Part shown: positions 1 through 11,638 of the stretch, piece after piece
How the letters are laid out: every line of letters begins with the position of its first letter
Position numbering within the stretch: the first letter of the stretch is position 1
Assembly (NCBI RefSeq): GCF_004010195.1
Contig: NC_057751.1
Span: forward strand, 4,720,161 to 4,784,160
DNA: 64,000 nucleotides
Reading direction: 5' to 3'
Source of the DNA: Chiloscyllium plagiosum
Lineage: Eukaryota
Program-made: the position numbers and the translations under genes
The notes under the pieces: generated by a model
What the model was told of the DNA's origin: nothing
Databases searched by the model: none
What the model saw: the letters and a program-made list of their open reading frames with translations, nothing else

Positions 1-149
1 TACCTATAAGTGAATGGAGTACCTTGCAGGGGGTGACCAACAGGGGCTATCACTTGCCAGCCCTCAGTTTGTAACATTTCAACCTGATTGTCTGTCAAGG
101 TCACATTCCTGTGCTCATGAGTAAGTGTCTTACAAAAAGACACTTCTTT

Positions 150-560
150 CATCATCTGTCCCATCTGTGGGCCTCACTGGCTGGGCCCAGCATTTCCTGC
201 CCGCCCCTAGTTGCCCCTTAAGAAGGTGGGAGTGATCTGCCTTCTCGAACCACTGCAGCCCATATGCTGTGGGTAGACCCACAATGCCCTTAGGGAGGGA
301 ATTCCAGGATTGTGACCCAGTGACAGTGAGGGAACGGCGATATATTTCCAAGTCTGGATGGTGAGTGACTTGGAGGGGAACTGGCAGGGGATGGTCTTCC
401 CATGTATCTGCTGCCCTTGTCCTTCTAGATGGAAGCGGTCATGGGTTTGGAAGGTGCTGTCTGAGGATCGTTGGTGAATTGCTGCAATGCATCTTGTAGA
501 TAATACACATTGCTGCTACTGAGGGTCAGTGGGTGGTGAAGGGAATGGATGCAGCCCTTG
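150..560 (-). mobile_element. 3' end of a CR1-clade LINE (RT C-terminus and tail)
   Basis: Minus ORF 130-351 (EIYRRSLTVTGSQSWNSLP...LQWFEKADHSHLLKG) resembles CR1-type ORF2 C-termini; related fragments at ~52670-52830 and ~59130-59280. Confidence 0.75.
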
Positions 561-1146
561 GGAAAGGCTTATCCTCTCATTGTTGCAACTCAGTGGCTTT
601 CTGAGCCTCTTGAGAGGGCAGATAATCTCAGTGATAGGTGTGGGTGAGTGGGAAACGGACACCATTCAGCTGGTTCCACATTAACCAGCTATTAGAGCCT
701 TTATTACAACCTTCCCAAAACAGTGTCTGTCAAATGGTTACAAACTCTGAGCACTCTGAGGGGTCAGGTGGGGGAGAGTTGAACTGTGATGCTCGGAATG
801 ACACAGTGCAGCTCGGAATGAGCAATGCAGTGATTCTAAGATGAGGGATGGCAGTGTGGCCACTGAGGGTGAAGGGGGAATGACAGCAGGGAATCACGAT
901 GGCCACAGCCTGACTGAGGTAGCTTCTATTCTTAGATCGGTCCAAAGGATCCCATCCAAATCTTACTGGGGATCTGCTTTGGGTCAGGGTGCAAGGTGAG
1001 ATGTAAATGTTTGCAATCTGACCCCATCAAGGAGCCAAGAGTCTGAGAGAAGTCAGGCTGGACTCATAGAATTACCTGCTCTATGTCTCTTGCTCTCCCT
1101 CTCTTTCATTTGTGCATGCACATGCATACTCACACATACACACACG

Positions 1147-1690
1147 AGTCACAGCGTCATAGAGGTTTACAGCATAGAAAAATGTCCTTCGGCCCATTGA
1201 GTCTTGCTGGTCCAAAACAACCACCTCACTATTCTCATTCAATTTACCAGCACTTGGTCCATTGTCTTTTATCCTTGGCACCATAAGTGCAGATCTCAAT
1301 ACTTCCACAATGTTACAATGGTTTCTGCCTCTCCCACCCTGACAGGCAAGAGGTTTCAGACTCCCATCACCCCCTGGATGAAAAAGATCTTCATCACATT
1401 TCCTGGAAACTTCCTAAATCGACCCTTCAATCTATGCCCCCTGGTCACTGATCCCTCCACCAAGGGGAAAACTTTCTTACTGCCTCCGCTGTTTATCCCC
1501 TTCATCACTTTCCACAACTGTACACAGCACTCGAGTTCCACCGTTCCAACATTAACTCCCTGCTCTTAAACCCTACGCCTCAGTGTCCCAAATGCCTCTT
1601 TAACCACTTCATTGACCTGTCCTGCTACTCTAAGGGATAGGTGTGCTTGCACATCAAGGTCCCTCTGATCAATCTTTGAACTATCAAGAT
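1147..1690 (-). mobile_element. Decayed HER1/CR1 LINE 3' fragment
   Basis: Starts with tail-type catagaggtttacagcatagaaaaatgtccttcggccc; minus ORF 1356-1541 has FPLVEGSVTRGHRLK...FFIQGV, typical of CR1 ORF2 ends. Confidence 0.75.
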
Positions 1691-1699
1691 CCTCTCTCT

Positions 1700-1878
1700 C
1701 CCAGCATTCCAAACATCCCTCCCACCCCCACTAATGCACCTCTCACTTCAGCCCTGATGAAGAGTCATCTCTACTGGAAACATGAGCGTGCTCTCTCTCC
1801 ATGGATGCTGCCTGACCCTCTGTAATCTTCAGCAGTTGTTGGTTTCAGTCCAGATTCCAGCACCTGCAATAATTTGCT
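1700..1878 (+). mobile_element. Penelope-like terminal remnant with degenerate hammerhead motif
   Basis: CTGATGA at 1754-1760, then agagtcatct...GAAAC and the gatgctgcctgacc...ccagc..tgca motif shared with the other Penelope-like copies in the window. Confidence 0.55.
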
Positions 1879-2270
1879 CGCTCTGAGTCTTGGTGCTTCC
1901 CAGGGTCCTGGTGCTCAGCATGCATTTGCTTGCTTTGTTTTTCCTGCTCACATGCATCACCTCACATCTCTCTCTCACACACACACAGGAACGCTGCACT
2001 CTCAGCTCTTTGTTCCAACGTTCCCAACTCCCTGTGTGTGTGGTGAGCGGGAGAAGCAGAAGTGTCAATTCCAGTGCAATGTGATAGACCCCGGTCAGAT
2101 TGTGTCAGGAAGTCCGGGCGCCTCATCTTGCATCCCTGATCAGAGGGAATGAGCTCAGGGAGAGGGCTAACTCACAATCTCTATGTGTGTGTCTCTCTCT
2201 CTATGTCAGTGGGTTGAGCGCTTGCGTTACTGACTCCAGGTCAGTCATTCCGCGCATTCTGAGTGGACAG

Positions 2271-2279
2271 TTCCGGGAA
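2271..2279 (+). promoter_or_regulatory. Candidate STAT (GAS) element TTCCGGGAA in the STC1 proximal promoter
   Basis: Exact TTCNNNGAA match about 70 bp upstream of the TATA box, in a locally CpG-retaining region; motif evidence only. Confidence 0.4.
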
Positions 2280-2348
2280 GATGCCTGTCATTGGGTAGCT
2301 GGTACTCAGCTTCCGATTGCTACAAGATTTTCCCCGGGATAACACTTG

Positions 2349-2354
2349 TATAAA
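2349..2354 (+). promoter_or_regulatory. TATA box of STC1
   Basis: TATAAA 124 bp upstream of the STC1 ATG, with an ATTGG (reverse CCAAT) about 60 bp further upstream. Confidence 0.65.
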
Positions 2355-2472
2355 TATGCAGCGCGGAGTATGTCTCACATACACACTTCTACACACATGG
2401 TGTTGCAGGTCTACCCTTAGCCGGCAGTAATAGAGAGAGAGACAGGAGAAAGGTGAGCAATCTTTTGCAGCA

Positions 2473-2605
2473 ATGCTTCCCAGGCTGGCTCTCCTCGCTG
2501 TTCTGCTCGGTGCATGGACAACTGCTGATGAACTGGCCTCGCTCATGGAGGAGAAGAACACCTCACTGACATCTAGGAGGATGAGACTGACTGCACAAAA
2601 TTCAG
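2473..2605 (+). CDS. STC1: Stanniocalcin-1, coding exon 1 (signal peptide and prosegment)
   Basis: MLPRLALLAVLLGAWTTA...RRMRLTAQNS: hydrophobic signal peptide and the AQNS motif of STC1; phase-1 donor CAG|gtaaac at 2606. Confidence 0.92.
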
Positions 2606-3419
2606 GTAAACTTGGTTACTCCCTTTCTTCCTCCCCCTGGAACTTGCAGTTTCCAGCCTTCAGCTGCAGCTATTTCTGCTCAGTCCTGTAGCTCTATGCC
2701 CCTTTTCTGCATCTGTTTCAGTTGCTCTGCATCTGGAGCAGGCTAATCGGGGAAGGACTTGGTTCACGGTCCGGAGCACAGAAACTCGGCTCATCATTGC
2801 CTCCCAACTGAACCCAGAGCAGAGAGGATTTTCAAACTGGGAGCTTTCTCAGCGCGAAAGTGCTTCCTCCTGCCGCAGCATGTTGTCTCTTGACGCTTCA
2901 TTCCTTTAAAATAGTGACTTTTCAGGGGGGGCGGAATCGTCCAAGGGATCACCTGCTCCAAGCTGTTTGACACTGCAGACTGTGTGTTTGTGTTTGAAAG
3001 GGATGCAGAAACAGATGCAGAAAAGGGGCATAGAGCTATACTGAGTCTGGCGAACAGCATTAGGACACTGGAACTTGTCTTCTGCACCACCAAGACACAT
3101 GTGCATGTGTGAATCAGTCTGTGTGTTTCTGTGCCGGTGTGGGTGAGTCTGTATGAAAGTGCCTCTGTGTATGTGTGTGTATGCCTGCATCTGTTTGTCT
3201 GTGTCTGTCAGTGATTATATGTGTGTATCTGTCTCTCTATGTGAGAGTCTGTAAATATATGTGTGTGTGTGTAATGTGCACTGACAGTTGAAAATTTTGT
3301 CAGACTGTTCACGAGAAAAATCTAGAGAGCAAAATTCAAACTTGCTCCTTGCATCTCAGTTGTGTCCTAGAGGTGTGGTTCTGTTTTGTGTTGCTGGACA
3401 GTGCAGTGTGGCTGCTTCT

Positions 3420-3600
3420 TAAGACTGATTTGATTGTTGTGACTTCACCAAGATAAAGTGAAAAGTGTTGTTTTGGGTGCTCCCCAGGCAGATTGTATGG
3501 TACAAAGTGCACATCAGGGTAGCAGACCAGAGCACAGAATACAAAGCAGTGTTACAGCTGCAGAAAAGGTGCAGAGAGAAAGTGATCAGAATTGATATTT
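3420..3600 (-). mobile_element. Probable Rex1/Babar-type LINE 3' tail remnant
   Basis: agtgaaaag...caggcagat...acag pattern resembles the tail of the clearer copy at 51290-52133. Confidence 0.4.
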
Positions 3601-3959
3601 GAGAAGTCCAGTCAAGGCCACACAGTGCCTGACTGTGAGTTGTCTGAGAAATGACATCAAATGCTGTCCTAAAGTATTGCCCCAGTTTGGGGGCACTGGA
3701 GGATGAGCTCTCCTTCGACAAGATCCTTCCTGCAAAATGTTCCTTTGGTGCTGCCTGAGAGCCAAAGCAAACATTTTTGAATATGGTGCTTTCAGTAGCA
3801 CTGCAGTGGATCACAGCGGTGCTGCTCCTGCAGCTGCTCTAGGACAGGATGAAGTCTAATCGGTATGTAGTCATCATGGTGAGGGCCATGCTCACTTTAG
3901 CTTGTTAATGAGAGGGCACCTCAGCGACTTCCACATGGAATCTCATCTGAAACTCCAGG

Positions 3960-4330
3960 ACTGGGGAGTCCTGCACTGCTGGAGATATCAGCTTCACAAC
4001 CAGACGTTAACCCGAGACCACGCCTGTTGTCGCAGCTGGTGCTGCTAGGGAAAGAGGTCAGGGAGAAGATAGAGAGAGTGATCCCCTGATGCTGTGCTCA
4101 GAAGACATTGGCAGCTGTCCCCATTTTCTGGTGAGTATTTATCCCTCACTAAACACCAGGCAAAACAGCCGAGATGAGTTCATTGATCTAATTTCACAGT
4201 TTGTGGAAGCTTGCTGTGCAGAAATGGTTTTATTGGATGACAAGCAGCAGTCAGTCACTGCACTTCAATCCTCATGTCATTCACTGGAAATTATTCGGGG
4301 GTGGATTGCAATCGGGACCTTGTAGAAACT
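3960..4330 (+). mobile_element. Degenerate Deu-domain SINE (SacSINE/AmnSINE-like)
   Basis: ctgcactgctggaga...agacgttaacccgag core resembles the copy at 8590-9020. Confidence 0.45.
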
Positions 4331-6248
4331 GTATGCTGTTTTGACGTTGTGTGAGGAGTGGACTGCAATGGTTTGGATAAGGAGAGTTGACGTGCGAATA
4401 GCAATAGCAAGGAACAACAGCCTAAATTACATCGCAGATTCCATTGCGGGCAATTTGCCACTTGTGTGTTCTTTCATCTTTCATGGGCTTTGCACAGGGG
4501 AGAGATAGAAGGGGATTCAGCCTTCTCCACTGACTGAAGGAAGAAATGTGCTCAGAAGAAGTGCTGTAACCCCTTCATTGCTGTGACCCTCAGAACAGGT
4601 ACTCTTCCACAAGTTTGAAAAAAAAGTCTATTTTTTTCTTAACACTTGAATGTAGTTGTCACAGCAACCTTACACACACAAGATGCATAACGGTGACTGC
4701 ACAAGTGGGAGCATGCACAGAGGATTTTTAAAATGTTTTTGTTACACTTGAGTTTTGCTCAGTAGAAGCTGGACATCCTGCCAATCAGAAGATTGTTTTA
4801 GTTCGCAGAGGAAAAGGGAGATAGGAGGTTTCTGGTGGTTTATAGCTGCAGCAGCAGAGTAGGAGACTTTCCCCAGCTCATGTCAGACCATGCAACTGCA
4901 TCTCAGATCAGACTTGGGCCTTCCAGTCACCTCTCAGCCTTTCATAGATTTTCAGCATGGTGATTTCATTTACTGGGTGGGAACTCTTCCTTCTCTGCAA
5001 CTTGATATACCAGACTGACTAACACAATGCTGTCCTCATCAATATGTGTGAACAAACAGTCTTCTTCATAAGCTGATTTCTGTCAGGGGGGAACCAGAGG
5101 ACCTGTGTTTTTCCATTGTCAAGACAGGTAATCCATGATAACTTGAGCATTCAGGCCCTTAACCTTCTCCACCATGCTCTCAGATAATGACTGATCAAAC
5201 AACACTCCTTCTGTCTGCTTTCCTGCATTTTCTGTGTTCCCCTTTGTTTCCCCTGCTCATCAACAAGCTCTCTGTCTGTCATAACCTTCAATGTACACAG
5301 GAAATTGATACACAATGAGGATTTCACTTGCACCTCATCAGGCTTTCATGTCATTATGCACAAGTGTCAGTAAAAGTCTTTGGACAGTGGCAGTTATGAA
5401 AACTTACAGGAAAATCTATTATATTTTCATGTTTACAACAACCTTGTTCACACATTCATGCCCTACTGGGTAAGCGGGGCAGGAACGTGTGAACAAGGTG
5501 GTTAACTTCCAAGCTTGGTCACTTTGATGGAAACAGATAGACAGGAGAGAGGGTCAGCTGAACTCTGAACCCCATTGTGTTTCAACACAGATTGTCCACC
5601 TTCCACGTTTTCCAGAAAGCTGTGGGTGAAACTGCACAGGCCTGACTACAGTGATCTTCTTCTCATGTTAAGACTAACTGTTGTCTACAGGTGTTAGGTT
5701 AGAGAGGGGGTGGATTTCACATGAAGGATCTACCTCAAGAGCCTCCAGGTGAGGCCCAGCACAGTCTGGAGGCTAAGTTGGAAGGACTGTTATTCTGAAC
5801 TTTTCATTTCTTGATTTTTTTTCTAATCTATTCCTGTGATTTTGTACTTTTGTACCTAAGACTTAATACAGGACTTCTTGATTTCTTTATTTTTCAAATT
5901 ACTTTTCCTTTAGAATTGGTACTTAAGAATCTGTACCTAGGTACCTTGGTACCTAAGATGGCACCATAACTTTACACTATACTCATATGACTACATGTGA
6001 CAATAAAGCTAATTCTAATTCACATTAAGGTAAGTGGATATGATTAAGTCCCCATCTTAACACTGCACCTCGTCAGTCCTTCATGCTTTAGAATTGTTGC
6101 GGTGCACGTTTATGGTGCCAACTGCCTCTGTGGATATCTTGTCATCAATCTGTTCCGAAACGTGACGACATACCTCTGGAGTAGGTGGGACTTGAACCCA
6201 GGCCTCCTGGCTCAGAGGCCAACCGCCCATGTAAACCTGTCATGCTGT

Positions 6249-6279
<31 letters not shown>

Positions 6280-7754
6280 ATGTATGCTGTAGTGTCTCCA
6301 CTGGCAGGAAGATATAATTACAGGCTTGGCACTTCCCTTTGAGACTCTGCAGGATGAATCAATAAAAGTAAACACTGATTAGAACTGCATATGGATCTAA
6401 TTAACCAACAGATTTAGAAAAAACATGTCAACAAGTGGCAGGATTCATCTTTGTGATTCCTGTGTGTCACACCTTAGCTTTCACATTCACCACCATTTCT
6501 TTACCTTCAGACATATGAAACTTCCAGTAACACAAGATACCAGAGCCAGAATATCTACAGTCTACCTCTCAGACCTGCATGCACTCTCCTGGTTTCCCTG
6601 GTTTTATAAGTGTGACTTCACATCCTCGAATAATACTTTTCTATTTTACTTTTGATTCTCCATCGCCTTTTCAGAACAGGGGCCTGTTAATTGTGCTACG
6701 TATTGCTGTTCCCATATACTGTGCATCCTGGCCATTTGTCCCAGTACCATCCTGAGAGACTGGCTGGAATTAAAATAACATACCCTGTCACACTGCTGGC
6801 ATCATACATGGCAATGGAACAGAACTTGATCAACATGAGATTCCGAATCTGAGGGACCTGAGCAAAAACACTTGTTGAGGAAGTAATAAAGCCAGGCACT
6901 TCATCCTGGCCTCTGACTTGTCGAATGAAGAGCACTCGAGCTTTGAGTGACCCTATCTAGCTATAAAAATGGTTATGAAAGAATACTGTCTTTTCATCAG
7001 TGGCAGGTTACTGTCTGATGGATTACAAACTACTCTTGGTAAAATAACTGACCCAACTTGACAGTACTGGAGTTACACTTGATCAAATATCATGTGCCCA
7101 TCATAGATTCTTTCATAAATGGTGAACACTTTCTTGAAAGAAAGGGGCATTAAAAGATCGATCTCCATCTTGAAATTCACAAATAATTGCAAATGTTCTC
7201 TGACTGATTTCAAGTTATCCACCCTTCCATAGATTAACCTGTTAAAAGCTCAGTTTGAGTTCTAACAGTTCAGATTAAAGACTGAATATCTTAAGCCTAC
7301 CTCAAATGCTGAGATTATCTCTGGTCCTTAATGTTTCAAGTCAACAAGTGGAAGAAAACTTATCAGTCTTCACTCCCATCTTCGGTCCCATCAGATAGTG
7401 GGATAAGTGGTGAAACATTCTACAGTTCTGTCCTGACCATCCCCACATTTACATGTACACACAGACACATACAATCACACAGGCACACACACACAAACAC
7501 AGGTACACCCACAATGTTCCCATTCGCTGGCCTTCCGACTCCGCCTGTGTTCTGCCAGCTGCCAGTATGTGTGGCGCAGAGATGCAGCCAAGGAAAATTG
7601 GGATTGAAGCAAGGATTGTTCAGCTGCCTTGTTATGAAAGTATCATTGTAATTGGGGGACTCGGTGGGGCGGGGAGTAACATAATTAACAAATCCAGCCG
7701 TATACTTCCCTTAGGTATTTTACCTCTCTGCTCCCTGTTGAATTTTAAATGACA

Positions 7755-8090
7755 GATTGAGCCGACTGGGCCTGTATTCACGTGAGTGCAGAAGGATGGA
7801 AGGGGATCTGACTGTCTGTCCAACTCTAACAGGGCTGGACAGACTCAATGCAGGAAGGATGGTTCCCCTGGGTAGGTGGGGGTCTATAACCAGGGGACGT
7901 ACAGCCTCAGGGGGATATGGGGTAGACCATTTCAGACTGAGATGAGGGAACATTTCTTCACTCAGAGTGGTGAGGCAGTGGAATTCCCCACCACAGGAAG
8001 CTGGGGAGGTATGGGGAGAAAGGAGGAATATGGCACATACAGAGGACCAGACATGATCACATTGAACAGCTTCTTCCTGCTCCTAGTTTC
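7755..8090 (+). mobile_element. HER1/CR1 LINE 3' fragment
   Basis: ORF LSRLGLYSRECRRMEGDL...TGLDRL...TRG; tail gagatgagggaacatttcttcactcagag. Confidence 0.75.
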
Positions 8091-8294
8091 TATCCCTCAC
8101 AATGGAGGAGGTTTGCCAATGTGCCTTAGAATGTTCTGGAGTTTCCAACAGTCTCCTGGACATTGCTTCAAGCAAACTGGGTTCCAAGTTGATAACTTGT
8201 GGAGCTCAATCACCCATTTCTAAAAAGCCCAGGAGAGTCAGCAACTCTGATCATCTTCCCATGTTAACTTCCAGTCTCTTCTTTTTCCCTGTAG

Positions 8295-8437
8295 CTGAGA
8301 TAATCCGGTGCTTGAACAATGCACTCCATGTGGGCTGTGGTGCATTTGCCTGTCTGGAGAATTCAACCTGTGACACTGATGGAATGTACGATATATGTAG
8401 GTCCTTCCTGTTCAGCGCTGCCAAGTTTGACACTCAG
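8295..8437 (+). CDS. STC1: Stanniocalcin-1, coding exon 2
   Basis: Acceptor ttttttccctgtag|[50 protein letters not shown] (STC signature, 5 Cys, NST sequon); donor CAG|gtaagg; 143 nt. Confidence 0.97.
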
Positions 8438-8475
8438 GTAAGGGGGCAGGGATGAGTTGACGTAACCCTATGTGA

Positions 8476-8567
8476 TTCCTGATGAAGGGCTTTTGCCCAG
8501 AATGTCTATTTTCCTGCTCTTCAGATGCTGCCTGACCTGCTGTGCTTTTCCAGCACCACTCTAATCT
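8476..8567 (+). mobile_element. Short Penelope-like insert with hammerhead-like motif and 13-bp TSD
   Basis: TAACCCTATGTGA at 8463-8475 and 8568-8580 flanks ttcCTGATGA-a-gggc-tttt-gccc-agaa... Confidence 0.75.
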
Positions 8568-8589
8568 TAACCCTATGTGAGCCCACAGA

Positions 8590-9020
8590 GTGGTGAGATA
8601 TCCGCTGTGGTTCACTACAGAGCACTTTCCCCTGGGGTCAGAGGTTTGTTCATTCAAGTCCCACTCCATGGACTGCGGACAAAAGTCCAGGTTGACACTG
8701 CAGTGCAGTTCTGAGGGAATGCTGCACTGTCCGAGATGCCATCTTTTAGATGATGATTTAAACCAAGACAATGTCTAACGTCCCATTAGGATATCTCTTG
8801 GCCTTGTTCTGAATGAGGTCACCTTCAGTGTCTTGGCCATGTATACATCCGTCAGCCAACATCACTGAAACACTAGATTTGTGCATTATCTCGCTAATAT
8901 TGCTGCGAGCTTGCTGGATCCAAATTGGCTGTCCACTTTCCTGCATTACAACATTTCACAAGTGTTCCATTAGCTGTTAGATTGTTTGACTAAAAGGCAC
9001 TGTATAAACACAAACCTTCC
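8590..9020 (+). mobile_element. Deu-domain SINE (SacSINE1-like)
   Basis: tRNA-like head (ttcaagtccc B-box-like) then gtgcagttctgagggaatgctgcactgtccgagatgccatcttttagatga, recognised as the Deu core. Confidence 0.65.
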
Positions 9021-9478
9021 TTGAAGTTTTTCAACATCTTGACCATTATTTGAGCTCAGTGCAGAGTGCCGAATTTGGGAGGTGTTGTTTCCCTGCTCCC
9101 TGCCATTGGAAAAGAGGTCTAGTAGGTTCCATTGGGAATCTCATCCTTTCTCTGAGATTGTCCTCTCAGCTGGTGCCCAACACTCAGGCACTGAAGGCAA
9201 AACCCCATCCGTACCTCACAGCCCTACACATAGTTTAAATGTAGCTCTTTGATAGGAGCAGAAGCAGCCCACTGAGTCTGCTGTACCATTCGATGAAATT
9301 GTGTCTGAGCTGACATCGTCAGCTTCACTTTCCTGCCTTTTCCCCATAACCTTCGAATTCCAGTTGAGTAAAACCTATTTCTCAACGTAAGTTAACAGGA
9401 AGGAAGGAATTTGGAACACAAACAAACCTTGCTGTTCTTGAAGCTTTTGATTTGAATCTTGTGGGAAATGATTCCTTT

Positions 9479-11360
9479 CAATAGACAATAGGTGCAGGAA
9501 TAGGCCATTCTGCCATTTCTTTGTTCCCCGTAATATATTCCCCTGTTTCTGTCTTCAAGGGCCCAATTTTAGTCTTCACTATTTTTTTGCCTTTCACATA
9601 CCTAAAAAAGCTTTTACTATCCTCCTTTATATTTTTGGCCAGTTTATCTTCGTACCTCATTTTTTTTCTCTGCGTATTTCCTTCTTAAAAATCCTCTGTT
9701 CTTTAAAAGCTTCCCAGTCCTCCGTTTTCCCACTTATCTTTGCGATGTTATACTCTTTCTCTTTTAACTTTATATGCTTCTTAACTTCCCTCATCAGCCA
9801 CCCACCCATGCCTCCCATTCTTCCTTTTTGGAATGAACTGATCCTGCATCTTCTGCATTATACACAGAAATATCTGCCATTGTCCTTCCACTGTCATCCC
9901 TCCTAGGTATTGCACCATTGAATTTTGGCCAGCTCCTCCCTCATAGCTCTGTAGTTCCCTTTATTCAACAGAAATATTGTCACTTCCGATTGTATCCTCT
10001 CCCTCTCAAATTGCAGATTGAAGCTTATTGTATTATGGTCACCACTTCCCAATGGCTCCTTCACTTCGAGGTCCCTGANNNNNNNNNNNNNNNNNNNNNN
10101 NNNNNNNNNNNNNNNNNNNNNNNNNNNNNNNNNNNNNNNNNNNNNNNNNNNNNNNNNNNNNNNNNNNNNNNNNNNNNNNNNNNNNNNNNNNNNNNNNNNN
10201 NNNNNNNNNNNNNNNNNNNNNNNNNNNNNNNNNNNNNNNNNNNNNNNNNNNNNNNNNNNNNNNNNNNNNNNNNNNNNNNNNNNNNNNNNNNNNNNNNNNN
10301 NNNNNNNNNNNNNNNNNNNNNNNNNNNNNNNNNNNNNNNNNNNNNNNNNNNNNNNNNNNNNNNNNNNNNNNNNNNNNNNNNNNNNNNNNNNNNNNNNNNN
10401 NNNNNNNNNNNNNNNNNNNNNNNNNNNNNNNNNNNNNNNNNNNNNNNNNNNNNNNNNNNNNNNNNNNNNNNNNNNNNNNNNNNNNNNNNNNNNNNNNNNN
10501 NNNNNNNNNNNNNNNNNNNNNNNNNNNNNNNNNNNNNNNNNNNNNNNNNNNNNNNNNNNNNNNNNNNNNNNNNNNNNNNNNNNNNNNNNNNNNNNNNNNN
10601 NNNNNNNNNNNNNNNNNNNNNNNNNNNNNNNNNNNNNNNNNNNNNNNNNNNNNNNNNNNNNNNNNNNNNNNNNNNNNNNNNNNNNNNNNNNNNNNNNNNN
10701 NNNNNNNNNNNNNNNNNNNNNNNNNNNNNNNNNNNNNNNNNNNNNNNNNNNNNNNNNNGGCCACCCCACCCCCTCTGCCCGTCAGTCTGTCCTTATGAAA
10801 GCACGTGTAGCCTTGAATATTCATTTCCCAGGCCCTGTCCACTTGAAGCCACGTCTCAGTTATCCCCACAATTTTGTGTCTGCCAATTTCCAAAAGAGCC
10901 TCAAGCTCATCCATCTTATTTCTAATGCTTCGTGCATTCATCTATAGTATTTTTAATTTGTTACTGCCCTCACCCTTCCCATCAACTCCTATTTCACTCA
11001 ACCTTACAGCATGATCCCTTTTTGAGTTTTCTGCTTCATTGATACAGTTGTCTTTCTTGACTCCCCTTGTTCTAACTTTCCCTTCAATCTCCTTCTTAAA
11101 CATCCAGTTTGTCCCCTGCCCCCTGCTACTTAGTTTAAATGTAGCTGTGTTGCATTAGCAAACCTGCCTGCCAGAATGCTGGTCCCCAACCTATTAAGGT
11201 GCAAACTGTGTCTCTCGTATAATTTATCCTTCCACAAAACATACCCCAGTGATCCAACAATTTAAATCCTTGCTTCCTGCACTAGTTCCCCAGCCACACG
11301 TTCAAGTCCATTATCTCCCTGTTTCTGGCCTCACCAGCCCGATGAACTGGAAGCACCATT
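9479..11360 (-). mobile_element. CR1/HER1-type LINE with ORF1 end and ORF2 endonuclease; RT region deleted; spans an N gap
   Basis: Minus frames NARSIRNKMDELEALL...IVGITETWL and EPLGSGDHNTISF are APE endonuclease motifs; KLAKNIKEDSKSFFRYV...GNKEMAE runs directly into the 3' tail gaatggcctattcctgcacctattgtctattg. Confidence 0.85.
10079..10758. other. Assembly gap (680 N)
   Basis: Run of N inside the LINE in STC1 intron 2. Confidence 1.
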
Positions 11361-11426
11361 CCCAAGACTGAGTTAAGGTATTGCACAAACATTAGAAGAG
11401 CTGATAGGTTTCTTTATGTCACACAG

Positions 11427-11638
11427 GGAAAAGCCTTTGTCAAGGACAGTTTGAAGTGCATTGTTAATGGCATCACTTCCAAGGCCTTCTTCACCATCCG
11501 GAGGTGCTCGGCCTTTCAGAAGATGATTGCAGATATTCAGGAGGAGTGTTATAAGAAGCTGGACATCTGTACAATGGCAAAACACAACACAGCAGCAATC
11601 GCAGAAGTCATCCATCTCCCGGACTATTTCAAGAACAG
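11427..11638 (+). CDS. STC1: Stanniocalcin-1, coding exon 3
   Basis: Acceptor acacag|[57 protein letters not shown]...YFKN; donor AG|gtatgt; 212 nt, phase 2. Confidence 0.97.

Noticed and set aside
2452..2472. Donor-like AG|GTGAGC and acceptor-like tcttttgcag just before the STC1 ATG
   Set aside because: Only ~18 nt apart, too short for an intron; the TATA box upstream explains the start. An alternative upstream exon cannot be excluded without RNA data.
9903..10947. Longest ORFs in the track (288-335 aa)
   Set aside because: Artefacts of translating through the N gap; flanks are LINE endonuclease sequence.
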